A stretch of DNA of 64,000 nucleotides from an uncultured Bacteroidales bacterium (GCA_964452905.1 CAYVNP010000010.1:24420-88419), one strand, 5' to 3'. Counted from the first letter of the stretch, positions 1-10,541 are shown. Numbers and translations: made by a program. The notes: a model not told the origin generated them from the sequence alone.

Positions 1-71
1 GCACCATAGTCTTTGTTTTTGAATTCAAAAATCATGTTGCACCAGCCGTTTGAAAAAATGTTCGTATTCAT
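1..71 (-). CDS. 5' end of a CDS running off the window start; possibly a TonB-family N-terminus
   Basis: The reverse complement of 1..71 starts with ATG (69..71) and reads MNTNIFSNGWCNMIFEFKNKDYGA with no stop before the window edge. The F-E-x-K-N-K-x-Y-G-A pattern resembles, from memory, N-termini of Bacteroidota TonB-like proteins. Only about 23 codons are visible. Confidence 0.3.
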   Translation of the reverse strand, partial: MNTNIFSNGWCNMIFEFKNKDYG

Positions 72-606
72 AATAATCAAGATTTAAGTTAATGAATCCG
101 GTTTTGAGAATAGTGTAATTTTTTCGAAAGCATTTATTGTTTTTTTTATTATATAACGATTTGTTCAATCTGTTTATTTTATCTATTTGAAAATAGTAGA
201 TAATTTTTCAAATACGATTTTTGCAACTATTGAAAACTATAAAATTCAATCGAACACGGATGACACTGATTTATAGGATAAACACGGATAATTTTAAATA
301 TTTTGTATCGCTGAAAAGATTTATTACGAGACAAATAAGATGGTATATTAATCTATGTTAAGTTAGAAACAATAGGTTAAACGCTACGTTTTCTAAACTT
401 GAAAAATCAAATTGAATCATAATGATCTGAGTTATCAGCGTTCTATTTTTAGCAGATGAATAGTTGCAGTTTCTTAATTAAGAAAAATCTCCTTCAATTT
501 TTTTTTAAATATTTTATTAAAGGTTTTAAGAAATATAGAAAATTTCTAAACTTCTATTCAGCTATTGCTTTAAGGTAGTTTCAAATAAGTTGACATAACT
601 TAACAA

Positions 607-637
607 TTTGTTCATTTTATTCTTTTTGTTAGCTTTG
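607..637 (+). promoter_or_regulatory. Candidate Bacteroidota sigma-A promoter (-33 TTTG, -7 TAnnTTTG) for the 658..2100 gene
   Basis: TTTG lies at 607..610. A 19-nt spacer follows, then TAGCTTTG at 630..637, which ends 20 nt before the ATG at 658. This matches the published Bacteroides consensus TTTG-N19-21-TAnnTTTG. Confidence 0.4.
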
Positions 638-657
638 TCGTAACAGATATCTAATGC

Positions 658-2100
658 ATGTTAAAGAAAATTAATTTTGAATATAAAAAAAATCAACCAT
701 TTTATTTCTTTATCATCGGTGTTTTCTTACTGATTGTTAGTCCCAATTTATTTTCTGATGGGATGTTTATGGATGGCTTGATCTATTCGACCGTTGCAAA
801 GAATTTATCAAATGGAATCGGAACATTCTGGAACCCGCATTTTACAGCAACCTGTAAACCGGAGTTTCATGATCATCCTCCACTTGCCATGGGAATTCAA
901 AGTGTATTTTTTACTATTTTCGGTGAAAGCAGATATATAGATAAGTTGTATTCTTTATGTACGTTTATCATCGTTGGATATTTAATTGTAAAGATCTGGC
1001 GTGTGCTGAAATTTAAATTTGGTTGGCTCCCTTTATTGTTCTGGCTTACGATTCCGCTGGTGATTTGGGCATGCAGCAATAATATGCTGGAAAACACTAT
1101 GTCGGTTTTCATTACACTGTCGGTTTTATTTTATTTGAAAAGTCAGAATACACACACGTATAGTTATCTTTTTCTTTCTGGTATTATGCTTTCATTGGGC
1201 TTTTTAACCAAAGGGTTCTTTACATTTTTCCCATGGACATTGCCATTTTTATGGTGGTTGTTTATTCGCCGGAAACCCTTTCGAAATATGGTTTTTGAAA
1301 CATTGATTGTTCTCTTTTCATCTATTCTTCCTTTGATACTTCTGGTTTTATTTTTTCCTGATATCAGATTAAGTCTTCAAAAATATTTGGATATGCAGGT
1401 GATTCATAGTTTGAAAAATATGACTACAGTTGATTCACGTTTTTTTATTGTGAATAGATTATTTTCAGAAATGATTCCTGCTGCATGTTTAGTCGGTATT
1501 TTTATTTTTTATGCGTTACATAAAAAAAATCATTTGAATGGTTTGAAATCCAATTCAAAATTATCAATAACATTTATATTTTTTGGTCTGACAGGTGTTT
1601 TACCAATCATGATCAGTATGAAACAAAGCGGGTTTTATATGCTATCTACCTTCCCATTCTTTGCTATTGGTATTGCGATTTTTATTTATCCTTTAGTAAC
1701 AACCATATTCAAGAATATTAATTCTCAAACAACCGAATTTTTAATTTTTAAATGGATTGGTATCGGATGTTTTCTTACGGGAATTTTAATGTTTTTATAT
1801 TTTTCACAACGAATTGGCCGAGACAAAAATAAAATTAAAGATACGTATTGTATACTTAATGAATTACCTTCAAACAGTATAATTAATATTACCAGAAATA
1901 TGAGGCAGGACTGGAGTTTACATGGTTATTTTGGTCGATATAAAAATGTTAGTTTAGATACAAATTTTAACCGTAAACGAAAATATTTATTGATACAGAC
2001 AAAGGATTATTCCGATACATTGCTGCAAAACTACACAACCATTCCTCTGCCCACCATTGACTATAAATTATTTAAATTAAGGGAATGTGGTCAAAAATAA
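658..2100 (+). CDS. Polytopic membrane glycosyltransferase, ArnT/PMT-like (GT39/GT83-type fold)
   Basis: This 480-aa ORF has about 11-12 hydrophobic segments. It has an acidic first-loop motif (FSDGMFMDGLIYSTVAKNL) and a C-terminal soluble tail, as in lipid-linked-sugar-dependent GT-C transferases. Confidence 0.55.
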   Translation: MLKKINFEYKKNQPFYFFIIGVFLLIVSPNLFSDGMFMDGLIYSTVAKNLSNGIGTFWNPHFTATCKPEFHDHPPLAMGIQSVFFTIFGESRYIDKLYSLCTFIIVGYLIVKIWRVLKFKFGWLPLLFWLTIPLVIWACSNNMLENTMSVFITLSVLFYLKSQNTHTYSYLFLSGIMLSLGFLTKGFFTFFPWTLPFLWWLFIRRKPFRNMVFETLIVLFSSILPLILLVLFFPDIRLSLQKYLDMQVIHSLKNMTTVDSRFFIVNRLFSEMIPAACLVGIFIFYALHKKNHLNGLKSNSKLSITFIFFGLTGVLPIMISMKQSGFYMLSTFPFFAIGIAIFIYPLVTTIFKNINSQTTEFLIFKWIGIGCFLTGILMFLYFSQRIGRDKNKIKDTYCILNELPSNSIINITRNMRQDWSLHGYFGRYKNVSLDTNFNRKRKYLLIQTKDYSDTLLQNYTTIPLPTIDYKLFKLRECGQK

Positions 2101-2119
2101 TTGGTTATTATATCATTTT

Positions 2120-5100
2120 TTAATGAATCTGAACCCTTCTGATAACATTTCCATTTTGACCTGAAACAGAGATAAAATATAATCCTGCAGGATATCCAAC
2201 TGTTGATATAGATAGAGGATTAAAAGTATAATCAACATTTTTGGAATAAATAGTTACACCTAATATGTTGTTCATTTCAATGTGATATCTCCCGGTTTTA
2301 TTCAATAAAATATTTAGATGGTCTGAAGCAGGGTTTGGATAAATAACTAACCCATTCTCATCAATGTTGTTATGATCAATGGAATTGATTATTCCGATTG
2401 AGACGTAGTCAAGTATTACTGTTCCTGAAGTTGCATCTTTGACAGGATCTAACCGAAGGCATGTGATAAATCCTTTCCATTCAGTGTTCTTGGAGAGATC
2501 AATCACATATTCTGAAATTTGGGTATCATTTGGAATGATATGGAATTGAACGGATTTGGTTTCGCTCCAGTTACTACTGTCGGAACGTGTCCAGTAGAGC
2601 TGTGCAATGGAATCAGACGTATTATTCTGCATCCTGATCACCACACTGGTTTTAGTTTTTGCAACTACACTTAATTTGTTTGATGAAATAAGTTGAGGAT
2701 TGGTACCTTTGATCGTCAGGTTATATTTGCTGTTGGAAACAGTACCGGTCAAATTATTTGAAGGAGTCCAGCATTCATTATTAACCAGGAAGTCCCATTC
2801 TGTTTTATTTGCACATTCAGGATTCATGTCACTGAAAATAATATAATTCAAACTGATTCCGTCATTTGACTTATCAATAAATAATCTTAAGATATGTGTT
2901 CCTTTTTTCAAGCGTGCAGATGTATCAATATTTTTATACACAGCAGCTCCACCGGTAGTATTGATTGGAATTAATCCTGTAAAATCAGTTCCATCCATTT
3001 CGAGATGAATTTTATTTCCGTCAGTAGCAGAAGCAACACGGATATTAAGATAATATAATGTGTCGTAACTAACAGAAACAATATATTCAAGCCATTCACC
3101 TGTTTTGAGTGATGTTATATCATATGCCCCTTTTATATCTGTTGTGGTTTTGATATCTACTCCTTCGTTGGTTCTGAAAGCAGCATTGCCAGTATTGGTT
3201 GGATCGGTATCATGATACGACACATTTTCGCCTCCTTCATCAAATTTTTCCATTTCAACGGTACCCGGAATTGTAGCCGGTTGGTTATCGTAAGGTGATT
3301 GAACAATGGGTTTGACGGTATTATCGGTTACAAATCGATAGTTAAATCTGGTATTGGGGGCTGCATCACCATCCACATACAAGTCAAGAATATCCGAACT
3401 GAACATGGAATTGTCCACCCATTTAAAATCAAGCAGGAAAGGATTCTTCGTGTTTATTTTTAAAAGATTTGCAGGAATCTTCAGATGCATTTCATTGTTT
3501 TTTAATACATATTGAATAGATTGCGGATTCTTCCATTTGAATGTACCGGTAGCATCGTATTTCATTAAAGTAGAGGAGGTGGCGGAAGTGACGGTTTTAT
3601 TTACAATATAATCATAACCATTCCATCCTGTTGTATAATCACCGTCTGAATTGATCAGCAACATCATCCAGTTGGGATCCGTGGAGGGAGTTATTGTATT
3701 TGTTGTTTTTACATAAAAATAAACGTTACCTGTGTCGTAGGAAACTTTCATGACATCAAAATCATTTCGTCCTTTATTATTTGTGTAAACAAAATCACTT
3801 CCATAGCTTACATTATTTCTGTGAAAAATATCATTACGGTCATCTTTGAAATCAGGTCCGACGGTATTCCATTGCGTGAAATCAGAATTAATGTTAATAG
3901 TCATTGGATTTATGGACTTCCTGAGTTTTCTGACGCCTTTATACTTCCTGTTGTTCCCAACCATTTGCAGATACATATTATCGCGATATGCAATACGTAA
4001 TGGTTCAATATCCCTGCTGTATTCAGGAGTGTAGAGGTCAATAAATATTGAAGAACCTGTACCAATAGGTTGGCGAGCCATATACGTTACCCCCGGTTGA
4101 TCCCAATTCTTATCTCCTGAAATGAAGCGCTGTGCAATCCATTCATTCCACTGGGTAATCATAATCAATGGTGGATTTATTTGTAATGCACGCTGCCATT
4201 GCAAATTAAAATATTTACCATCTGTTCCGTAAACAGGAGGTTGTGTTCGGTCAGCACCTGTGCTTTTACCAATGGCATATTGTCCTGTAGGATGTTGTGC
4301 TGTACAAACGATCATCTGTTCATTCTGTCCGTTGTTTTTTCCGGGAGTTTGCGGATAATTATCCAACCATGGCCAACAGTCTTCGCCAATAACTGATGTA
4401 TACCATGACCCTGAGGTCCAAGCCCAAGAATGTTTTAAGTTAAATACTTGTTTCACTTCAGAGCGTGTTCCTGTATATTCTCCCATCATGGTTGGCTTGC
4501 CTTCCCAAACAAACATCAGATCTTTTAAATATTTTCTTGAATAAATTTTATCATATATTTCTTCCATGCATGCATTCATATCTCCTGAATGCATGATAAA
4601 AGAAAGTTTGGGAACTTTATATCTATCTGCTTTCATATCAAGCATAATATATGCAATCTTCAGAATTGCATCCATATACATAATTCCATTGGTATTATCA
4701 AAAAAGATAAAATCAACTCCTGCATCTGAAAGCATTTGAATGTGTTTTCGGATAACATATTCGTCCTGGCTTGAATAATATCCGAACAAAGATTCTCCAT
4801 AGTGATGGAAGCCGGGCGCTCCGCCCCATGTATCAATACCTGCCAGTATTTTTGAAATATCTTTTATGCCAATATTTGAAGTTTCCATATGCCAAACATA
4901 ATAGAATAAGCCAATGGTTTTATTTGCTTTCGGTCCACCGGTTACGGTACTATCCGGAAGTGATCGCTGAAGTTCATCAACGGCTACCCAAGTGTCGTTA
5001 TACGTGTCATTGTATTTGTAAGTAGTAATTGAAGAAGGATCAAATACATGAAAAGACTGCAGGGACTCATCAGCAGGACAGTAAGTAGCATTACCCGGAT

Positions 5101-5791
5101 CATTGGCGGAGACCACAACAACACCTTTAGTCCCCGTTAAAGTAATAGTTGAACCGTTTAATGTTGCAGGACCTGATACAATTTTAAAAGCAATAGTATT
5201 GCCGGATAGGGATGTAGCAGAAATTGAAAACGGAGCATCGGTCGTTAATCTATCATCTATCATTTTAAATGTGATAGTTAATGGTTTACATTGTAAACCA
5301 ATTACTTTGATGTAATCAATATCGATCGTTCCGGATGAAGCTCCTCCCAAAGGATCTAGGCGAAGTTGTTTGATCGTATTTTTCCATTCAATCTGTTTGC
5401 TAAGGTCAATCGTGTATTCTCTGAAAATCGTATCATTGGGAACAACAGCATAACCAATTGCCATAGTTTCCCCCCATGTACCGTTATCGTTTCGGATAAA
5501 ATATAGTTGTCCGGTATTGTCCGATGTATTGTTTTTCATTTTAATAACAATTTTTTTAGAAGCGGAGGCGACAATACCAAGATTATTCGGAGAGTGCATA
5601 TACGGATCAGAACCGGTAATGGTAAGATGAAGTATACCTCCGGTTGCACTTCCTGTTAATTTGTTGGTTAATGTCCAGCAATCAAGATTATTGGTGCCAG
5701 TTGTAAATTCCCACTCCGGTATTGTGGGGCATTGAGCAAACGTACTGTAATAAGTGAATATGCAAAAAATGAATATTGATATTTTTTTCAT
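2120..5791 (-). CDS. T9SS-secreted multidomain putative glycoside hydrolase (paralog 1): SP, RLDP module, Ig-like, unclassified catalytic module, beta-sandwich, CBM6, RLDP module, T9SS CTD
   Basis: - The 1223-aa ORF starts with signal peptide MKKISIFIFCIFTYYSTFAQ.
- Catalytic-module motifs are FGYYSSQDEYVIRKHIQMLSDAGVDFIFFDNTNG and ITQWNEWIAQ.
- The CBM6-like stretch is IPGTVEMEKFDEGGENVSYHD...GEWLEYIVSV.
- The C-terminus is IYPNPASDHLNI...GLYFISV (Por sorting domain). Confidence 0.7.
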   Translation of the reverse strand: MKKISIFIFCIFTYYSTFAQCPTIPEWEFTTGTNNLDCWTLTNKLTGSATGGILHLTITGSDPYMHSPNNLGIVASASKKIVIKMKNNTSDNTGQLYFIRNDNGTWGETMAIGYAVVPNDTIFREYTIDLSKQIEWKNTIKQLRLDPLGGASSGTIDIDYIKVIGLQCKPLTITFKMIDDRLTTDAPFSISATSLSGNTIAFKIVSGPATLNGSTITLTGTKGVVVVSANDPGNATYCPADESLQSFHVFDPSSITTYKYNDTYNDTWVAVDELQRSLPDSTVTGGPKANKTIGLFYYVWHMETSNIGIKDISKILAGIDTWGGAPGFHHYGESLFGYYSSQDEYVIRKHIQMLSDAGVDFIFFDNTNGIMYMDAILKIAYIMLDMKADRYKVPKLSFIMHSGDMNACMEEIYDKIYSRKYLKDLMFVWEGKPTMMGEYTGTRSEVKQVFNLKHSWAWTSGSWYTSVIGEDCWPWLDNYPQTPGKNNGQNEQMIVCTAQHPTGQYAIGKSTGADRTQPPVYGTDGKYFNLQWQRALQINPPLIMITQWNEWIAQRFISGDKNWDQPGVTYMARQPIGTGSSIFIDLYTPEYSRDIEPLRIAYRDNMYLQMVGNNRKYKGVRKLRKSINPMTININSDFTQWNTVGPDFKDDRNDIFHRNNVSYGSDFVYTNNKGRNDFDVMKVSYDTGNVYFYVKTTNTITPSTDPNWMMLLINSDGDYTTGWNGYDYIVNKTVTSATSSTLMKYDATGTFKWKNPQSIQYVLKNNEMHLKIPANLLKINTKNPFLLDFKWVDNSMFSSDILDLYVDGDAAPNTRFNYRFVTDNTVKPIVQSPYDNQPATIPGTVEMEKFDEGGENVSYHDTDPTNTGNAAFRTNEGVDIKTTTDIKGAYDITSLKTGEWLEYIVSVSYDTLYYLNIRVASATDGNKIHLEMDGTDFTGLIPINTTGGAAVYKNIDTSARLKKGTHILRLFIDKSNDGISLNYIIFSDMNPECANKTEWDFLVNNECWTPSNNLTGTVSNSKYNLTIKGTNPQLISSNKLSVVAKTKTSVVIRMQNNTSDSIAQLYWTRSDSSNWSETKSVQFHIIPNDTQISEYVIDLSKNTEWKGFITCLRLDPVKDATSGTVILDYVSIGIINSIDHNNIDENGLVIYPNPASDHLNILLNKTGRYHIEMNNILGVTIYSKNVDYTFNPLSISTVGYPAGLYFISVSGQNGNVIRRVQIH

Positions 5792-5965
5792 ATTTTAATA
5801 AGTTTAAGGTTAAATGCTGTTTTATTGTACTAATATTTTTGTTTAAATATTTGAATCATTAGATTATCAACACGTATTTCCAAAAATATCGAAACTACAC
5901 GATTAAGCAATGTTTTTATTCATATTTTCAATTAGAGAAACAAATATTGTATAGTGTAGAATTAA

Positions 5966-8900
5966 TTATCTGTTGATGATAAATTTCTTGGTAATAAGAT
6001 GTTGTTCAGTGGAGAGTGTAATAAAATACATTCCATCTGTCAGTCCACTGATATCTAGGAAATCAAATGGCGAATGACTAACGCTAAAAGAACGAACAAT
6101 TCGTCCCTGTAAATCAGAAATACGTATCTCTTTCACTGATAATTTATGACTATTTACATATAATTGTTCTTTTGCCGGATTCGGATAAATGTCAATCAAT
6201 TTGGATAATTCATATTCTTCAATACCAGCAGGGGTAATCATTATGGCTTTTACTACATCCGGTGCAGGACAAAAGGTGTCATCGCCTGATTGTGAACAAA
6301 TCAATGTAAAACGTCCGGTAGAAGCTTTCAAATGGAGTACATTCCCTACAACATAAGCGGGACCGGAGGATACTTTATATGTAACAGGCAATCCTGATGT
6401 TGAGGCAGCATTTAAAGTAATAACACTATCGTTCGCAGGAATGGAAGTCAGACCGGGCATTGTAATGGATTGAGCAGAACAACCTGCATTGAGGTATTTT
6501 CCGGGAATCACTTCATCCAGTCCGAATGGTCCCTGCCAGCGAATTGCGAAGTAATCACCTCCAGGTCCTTCTTTCATTAATACTTCAAAATAATATTTTT
6601 CTCCTGCTTTTAATTGGACAGGTGAAGACTTCTGGCTTGCAGTATTATTCCATGAATACAACGGTGTATAAATATAATTATATGCGATTTTTTGTTTATT
6701 ATCTTTTGGATTTGTGAGCGAAGTGCTTAACCAAAATTCAACCTGGTCATCACCACAGGTGTAAAAAATATAATCACCGGTATAAGGTACGCAAAGATAC
6801 CCTTTCACTCGAACACCATAATAGTCGCGGTTAGGAGTTGACTGCAATACTTCCAGTTTATAGACTTTAGCCATGCTGTCTGCTTTAATTGTTAGCGGGA
6901 TTGTTGAAATTTCTGTACCCTGTATGTTTTTCCATATTTCATAGGTGGAATAACCATCGGAACCATTGCATGTGGTGGAGGAAGGAATAGTAACTATAAA
7001 AGACTGCATAAGTTCATTGGATGGGCAATACGCATTTGATCCCGGGTTATATGCTTTGACAGTAATTGTATCCTGTGTCCCGTCAATTGAAAGTGTATTC
7101 CCGCTGATAGTTGCATTGCCTGATACTATGCTATATATAACAGGTTGGCCGGAACTATTAACAGCGGATAAAGTAATCGGTGTAAGATCTTCTGCTGACC
7201 TGTTAGGTATTTTTGTAAAACCGGAAATTGTTTGCGGGGAACAAATATGCTTAATGGTAAATGTTTCATATGCTTCTCCCTGACATGTATTAATGTTGCC
7301 GGCATTGTATGCTTTAATCGTTACATTGCCGGTGAACCCTGTCAGGGTAACCAATGTACCATTAATCGTTGCAGTACCGGACACAATACTGAGAGTAAGT
7401 GGTAATCCTAAATCTGAAATAGCTGTAACTGGAAATGGAGCTGAATTGGAATGGACAGTGTCTATCGGTGTAATTGAAATAGGATTTGCCATACATATTC
7501 GTGCTTCATTTGAATAACCAGATGAATTGCCGGCATTGATAGCTTTTACACGCCAAACGGCTGCAGTTGAATTACTGACGGTAATATCCATGAATGAATT
7601 GATATTATAGTCAACAGTTCCAACCTGTACGAAGGAGCCAGTTCCGTCTTTTCGTTCAATGATAAATTTTGTTTCTTGAGATGAATTATCCGTCCATTCC
7701 AGTTTGACAGTACCGTCAGAATTAGCAAAGGCAACAAGATTTGCAGGTGTACCTAATGCCGGAAGAATAGTGCTGTAAAGTTGAGTTTGAGGCACCAAGG
7801 CCTTTGAGATGGTGGCTGTACTCCAGTCAAGACGCATCTGACTATATGCAAACCCTTCTCCGAATTCAATTTTTATATCATATCTTTTTCCGGCTTCCAA
7901 CGCAATAGTGCCTGATTTTTCTCTTGCCGCACCGCCACTCCAGTCATCAATCAGTAATGTATTGTTCACCCATAAGCGGCACTGGTCATCGTAAGTAGCA
8001 TAAAAAGTATATGTTTCGGTTGTCAATGCCTGAACCTGACCAGTCCAGCGGACAGTCCAGTCTTCATCACCCTGTCCGGGTACTGTGCCGTTCCATGAAT
8101 TGGCAAGCAAAACGACATTGTCAACCCGCGTTAGAATGAGGGATTGAAAATTTCCCTGATCAAAGTATTCAGCAAGCAATCCGTCACCATTCCCATACAT
8201 AAGACCTGTTGATTTAGTAAATGTCATCTTATTAAAATTAGCACCAGAAGATTGATCAATATATAATCTTAAAAGATGTGTTCCTTCGGCCAATTGAACT
8301 TTTGCCGAAACATTCTGCCAGTTCTGTGTACCGCCCGTATTGGGAATGTTTAAGTTCCCGGTGATATTTACACCGTCCAGTTCAAGGTGAAATATACCGT
8401 TCCCCGTTGGTGATGAAATATTTACATCAACGGTATACGTTCCGGCACTGGCAATATTGACGGTGTATTCCGTCCACTCGTCGTTGTTCGTCCAGCCAAT
8501 GTCATATCCTCCGGTAGAACATACTTCAATATCCACGCCTTCTGAAGTACGATATTGGTTTCCGTTGTTGGACGCATCTGCATCGTAATAGGCGACCATA
8601 TTTCCCCCCATGTCAAAATCTTCAGCTTCAATCACACCGGGTATTGTAAGCGTTTTATTAGGACGTTGAGTAATGGTGTTATTCTGTAAAGAATTGTAAT
8701 AGTAACTGAAACGTCTGTCAGGAGCAGCATCCCCGTTTGATAAAACATCAATGATATCGTTCAGTTTTTGCTGGTTGTCAATCCATTTGAAATAGAATTG
8801 AGGATTGGCATTGTTTAATCCCAACAAATTTTTTGCAACTGATATTTCAATTTCATTACCGTTTAGTGCATAACTTGCTGTACCAATCTGTTTCCATGTC

Positions 8901-10528
8901 CCATTTGAATATTGTTTGATAGTTGTGTTGTTTATATTTGTAACACCCATGTTGATCACATAATCATATCCATTCCATCCGGTAGATGAATTTCTGTCAG
9001 CATCAATATAAAGGAGCATCCAATTAGGATCGAAATAATTGGTTAATTTATCAGCTGTTTTTGCATAAAAATAAAGATTAGAGGCATCACGTGCTACACG
9101 GCTTTCAATAATATCATTCCGTCCGGTTTTGTTGACATATCTAAGCAACGTTTCATCACAAACATAATCCCTTTGTTTGATATCGCCTAATACATCTCTG
9201 AATAAAGGGGAGAGGGAATACCATTCATCAAAAGAACCGTCAATTTTAATAGTTGAAGCAGGTGAAACCGCTTGTGGTGGCTGCATCCCTTTGAAACGTC
9301 TGATATAATCACACACCTGATAATAATAGTTGTCAGTAAAATACCCTTTGATTGGACCCATATCCCTGTTAAATTCAATATTAAATCCGTCAATCATCCA
9401 ACGGTCTGTTGCAGGATTCAAATTTCGTCCATAAAAATAATATGTATTTGCATCGCCTGATGTACAACGCCAAGCACCGGCTCCGTATTCATTCCATTGT
9501 GAAAATGTCAGAAAGCGGGGGGATTGTCCTTGTGCTTCCAGTTCGGTGAGCCGTTTGAATTGTTCTTTTAAAAATTCCCCTTTGCCTGTTTCAGTAGGAC
9601 TATACCAAAGATCGTTTAACGTTGGCATATATTTATCAGCCCATCTTCCGCTGGAACCAATAGGAGGGGTGCGTCCTTCACCTTTGGGACGAAAGGCACC
9701 ACCATATGCTTTCATCAGGACAAGTTGTTCAAATCCACCACTAAAATCTTTACCCTGTTTCTGAGGGTAACCCGTCATGAAATTCCATTTTCCGTTTCCA
9801 TCCTGATCAGCCCACATGTAGCGCCAATTGAAATAATTCAGGATTTCGGAGTCGGTGATAACATCGGAAGGTCCAAGGAAAAGGGGCTTCCCTTGATAAA
9901 AAAACCATGCATCCTTGTATTTGCCTGCTTTATATATATTGGTATATAAGTCGGTAATTTGTTGTTTGTCGAGGTTAAGAGCATTATCATGTTTTTGAGT
10001 CCACATCACCAGCTTGGGTGAAGGGAATCCGATTTTTTGCAAATCGCAAATTTCACGCATGGTTATTTCAAGTGCTTCCCATGGAACAATGTCATTGGTC
10101 AGATCAATGAAAATAAAATCAACACCGGCATTTCCAAGCATGATGAGTTGTTTGCGCTCATACCATGAGTCAGATGAATTAATATAACCATCTTCGGGTT
10201 CGGTCATAAAATAATTAACTACTGTTTTGCTTGGATCCAGTGCATTCCACTCCAGATTAATATGATCTTTTTCCAGCACTTCCATAACGCTTCTGGATTT
10301 TGTTATACCTTTATTATGCTGAAAATATCCATGAGTCAACGTGTAATACATCCCAACATATTTGTCATTTTTCGATTTGCCGGTAATAGAAAAATCAGGT
10401 AGTATGCGTCCCGCACCGTCGGTACATACCCAGTTGTCGCCAAAAGCAAATGTTTGTGGTGTTGTCTGTGCCTGAGAAAAGATAAATGCAGATATGAACA
10501 GAGAAATTAATATTAACTTTTTTTTCAT
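5966..10528 (-). CDS. T9SS-secreted multidomain putative glycoside hydrolase (paralog 2): SP, catalytic module, beta-sandwich, CBM6, PA14, Fn3, Ig-Ig, PA14-like, Ig, T9SS CTD
   Basis: - The ORF is 1520 aa.
- Catalytic motifs are GNAGVDFIFIDLTND, FSQWNEYGAGAW and FNIEFNRDMGPIKGYFTDNYYYQ.
- The CBM6 stretch is IPGVIEAEDFDMGGNMVAYYD...DEWTEYTVNI...GTHLLRLYID.
- The PA14 stretch is GLLAEYFDQGNF...YTFYATYDDQCRLWVNN.
- The Fn3 stretch is VKLEWTDNSSQETKFIIERK.
- The CTD is IYPNPAKEQLYV...GMYFITL. Confidence 0.7.
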   Translation of the reverse strand: MKKKLILISLFISAFIFSQAQTTPQTFAFGDNWVCTDGAGRILPDFSITGKSKNDKYVGMYYTLTHGYFQHNKGITKSRSVMEVLEKDHINLEWNALDPSKTVVNYFMTEPEDGYINSSDSWYERKQLIMLGNAGVDFIFIDLTNDIVPWEALEITMREICDLQKIGFPSPKLVMWTQKHDNALNLDKQQITDLYTNIYKAGKYKDAWFFYQGKPLFLGPSDVITDSEILNYFNWRYMWADQDGNGKWNFMTGYPQKQGKDFSGGFEQLVLMKAYGGAFRPKGEGRTPPIGSSGRWADKYMPTLNDLWYSPTETGKGEFLKEQFKRLTELEAQGQSPRFLTFSQWNEYGAGAWRCTSGDANTYYFYGRNLNPATDRWMIDGFNIEFNRDMGPIKGYFTDNYYYQVCDYIRRFKGMQPPQAVSPASTIKIDGSFDEWYSLSPLFRDVLGDIKQRDYVCDETLLRYVNKTGRNDIIESRVARDASNLYFYAKTADKLTNYFDPNWMLLYIDADRNSSTGWNGYDYVINMGVTNINNTTIKQYSNGTWKQIGTASYALNGNEIEISVAKNLLGLNNANPQFYFKWIDNQQKLNDIIDVLSNGDAAPDRRFSYYYNSLQNNTITQRPNKTLTIPGVIEAEDFDMGGNMVAYYDADASNNGNQYRTSEGVDIEVCSTGGYDIGWTNNDEWTEYTVNIASAGTYTVDVNISSPTGNGIFHLELDGVNITGNLNIPNTGGTQNWQNVSAKVQLAEGTHLLRLYIDQSSGANFNKMTFTKSTGLMYGNGDGLLAEYFDQGNFQSLILTRVDNVVLLANSWNGTVPGQGDEDWTVRWTGQVQALTTETYTFYATYDDQCRLWVNNTLLIDDWSGGAAREKSGTIALEAGKRYDIKIEFGEGFAYSQMRLDWSTATISKALVPQTQLYSTILPALGTPANLVAFANSDGTVKLEWTDNSSQETKFIIERKDGTGSFVQVGTVDYNINSFMDITVSNSTAAVWRVKAINAGNSSGYSNEARICMANPISITPIDTVHSNSAPFPVTAISDLGLPLTLSIVSGTATINGTLVTLTGFTGNVTIKAYNAGNINTCQGEAYETFTIKHICSPQTISGFTKIPNRSAEDLTPITLSAVNSSGQPVIYSIVSGNATISGNTLSIDGTQDTITVKAYNPGSNAYCPSNELMQSFIVTIPSSTTCNGSDGYSTYEIWKNIQGTEISTIPLTIKADSMAKVYKLEVLQSTPNRDYYGVRVKGYLCVPYTGDYIFYTCGDDQVEFWLSTSLTNPKDNKQKIAYNYIYTPLYSWNNTASQKSSPVQLKAGEKYYFEVLMKEGPGGDYFAIRWQGPFGLDEVIPGKYLNAGCSAQSITMPGLTSIPANDSVITLNAASTSGLPVTYKVSSGPAYVVGNVLHLKASTGRFTLICSQSGDDTFCPAPDVVKAIMITPAGIEEYELSKLIDIYPNPAKEQLYVNSHKLSVKEIRISDLQGRIVRSFSVSHSPFDFLDISGLTDGMYFITLSTEQHLITKKFIINR

Positions 10529-10541
10529 ATTTATATTGATT

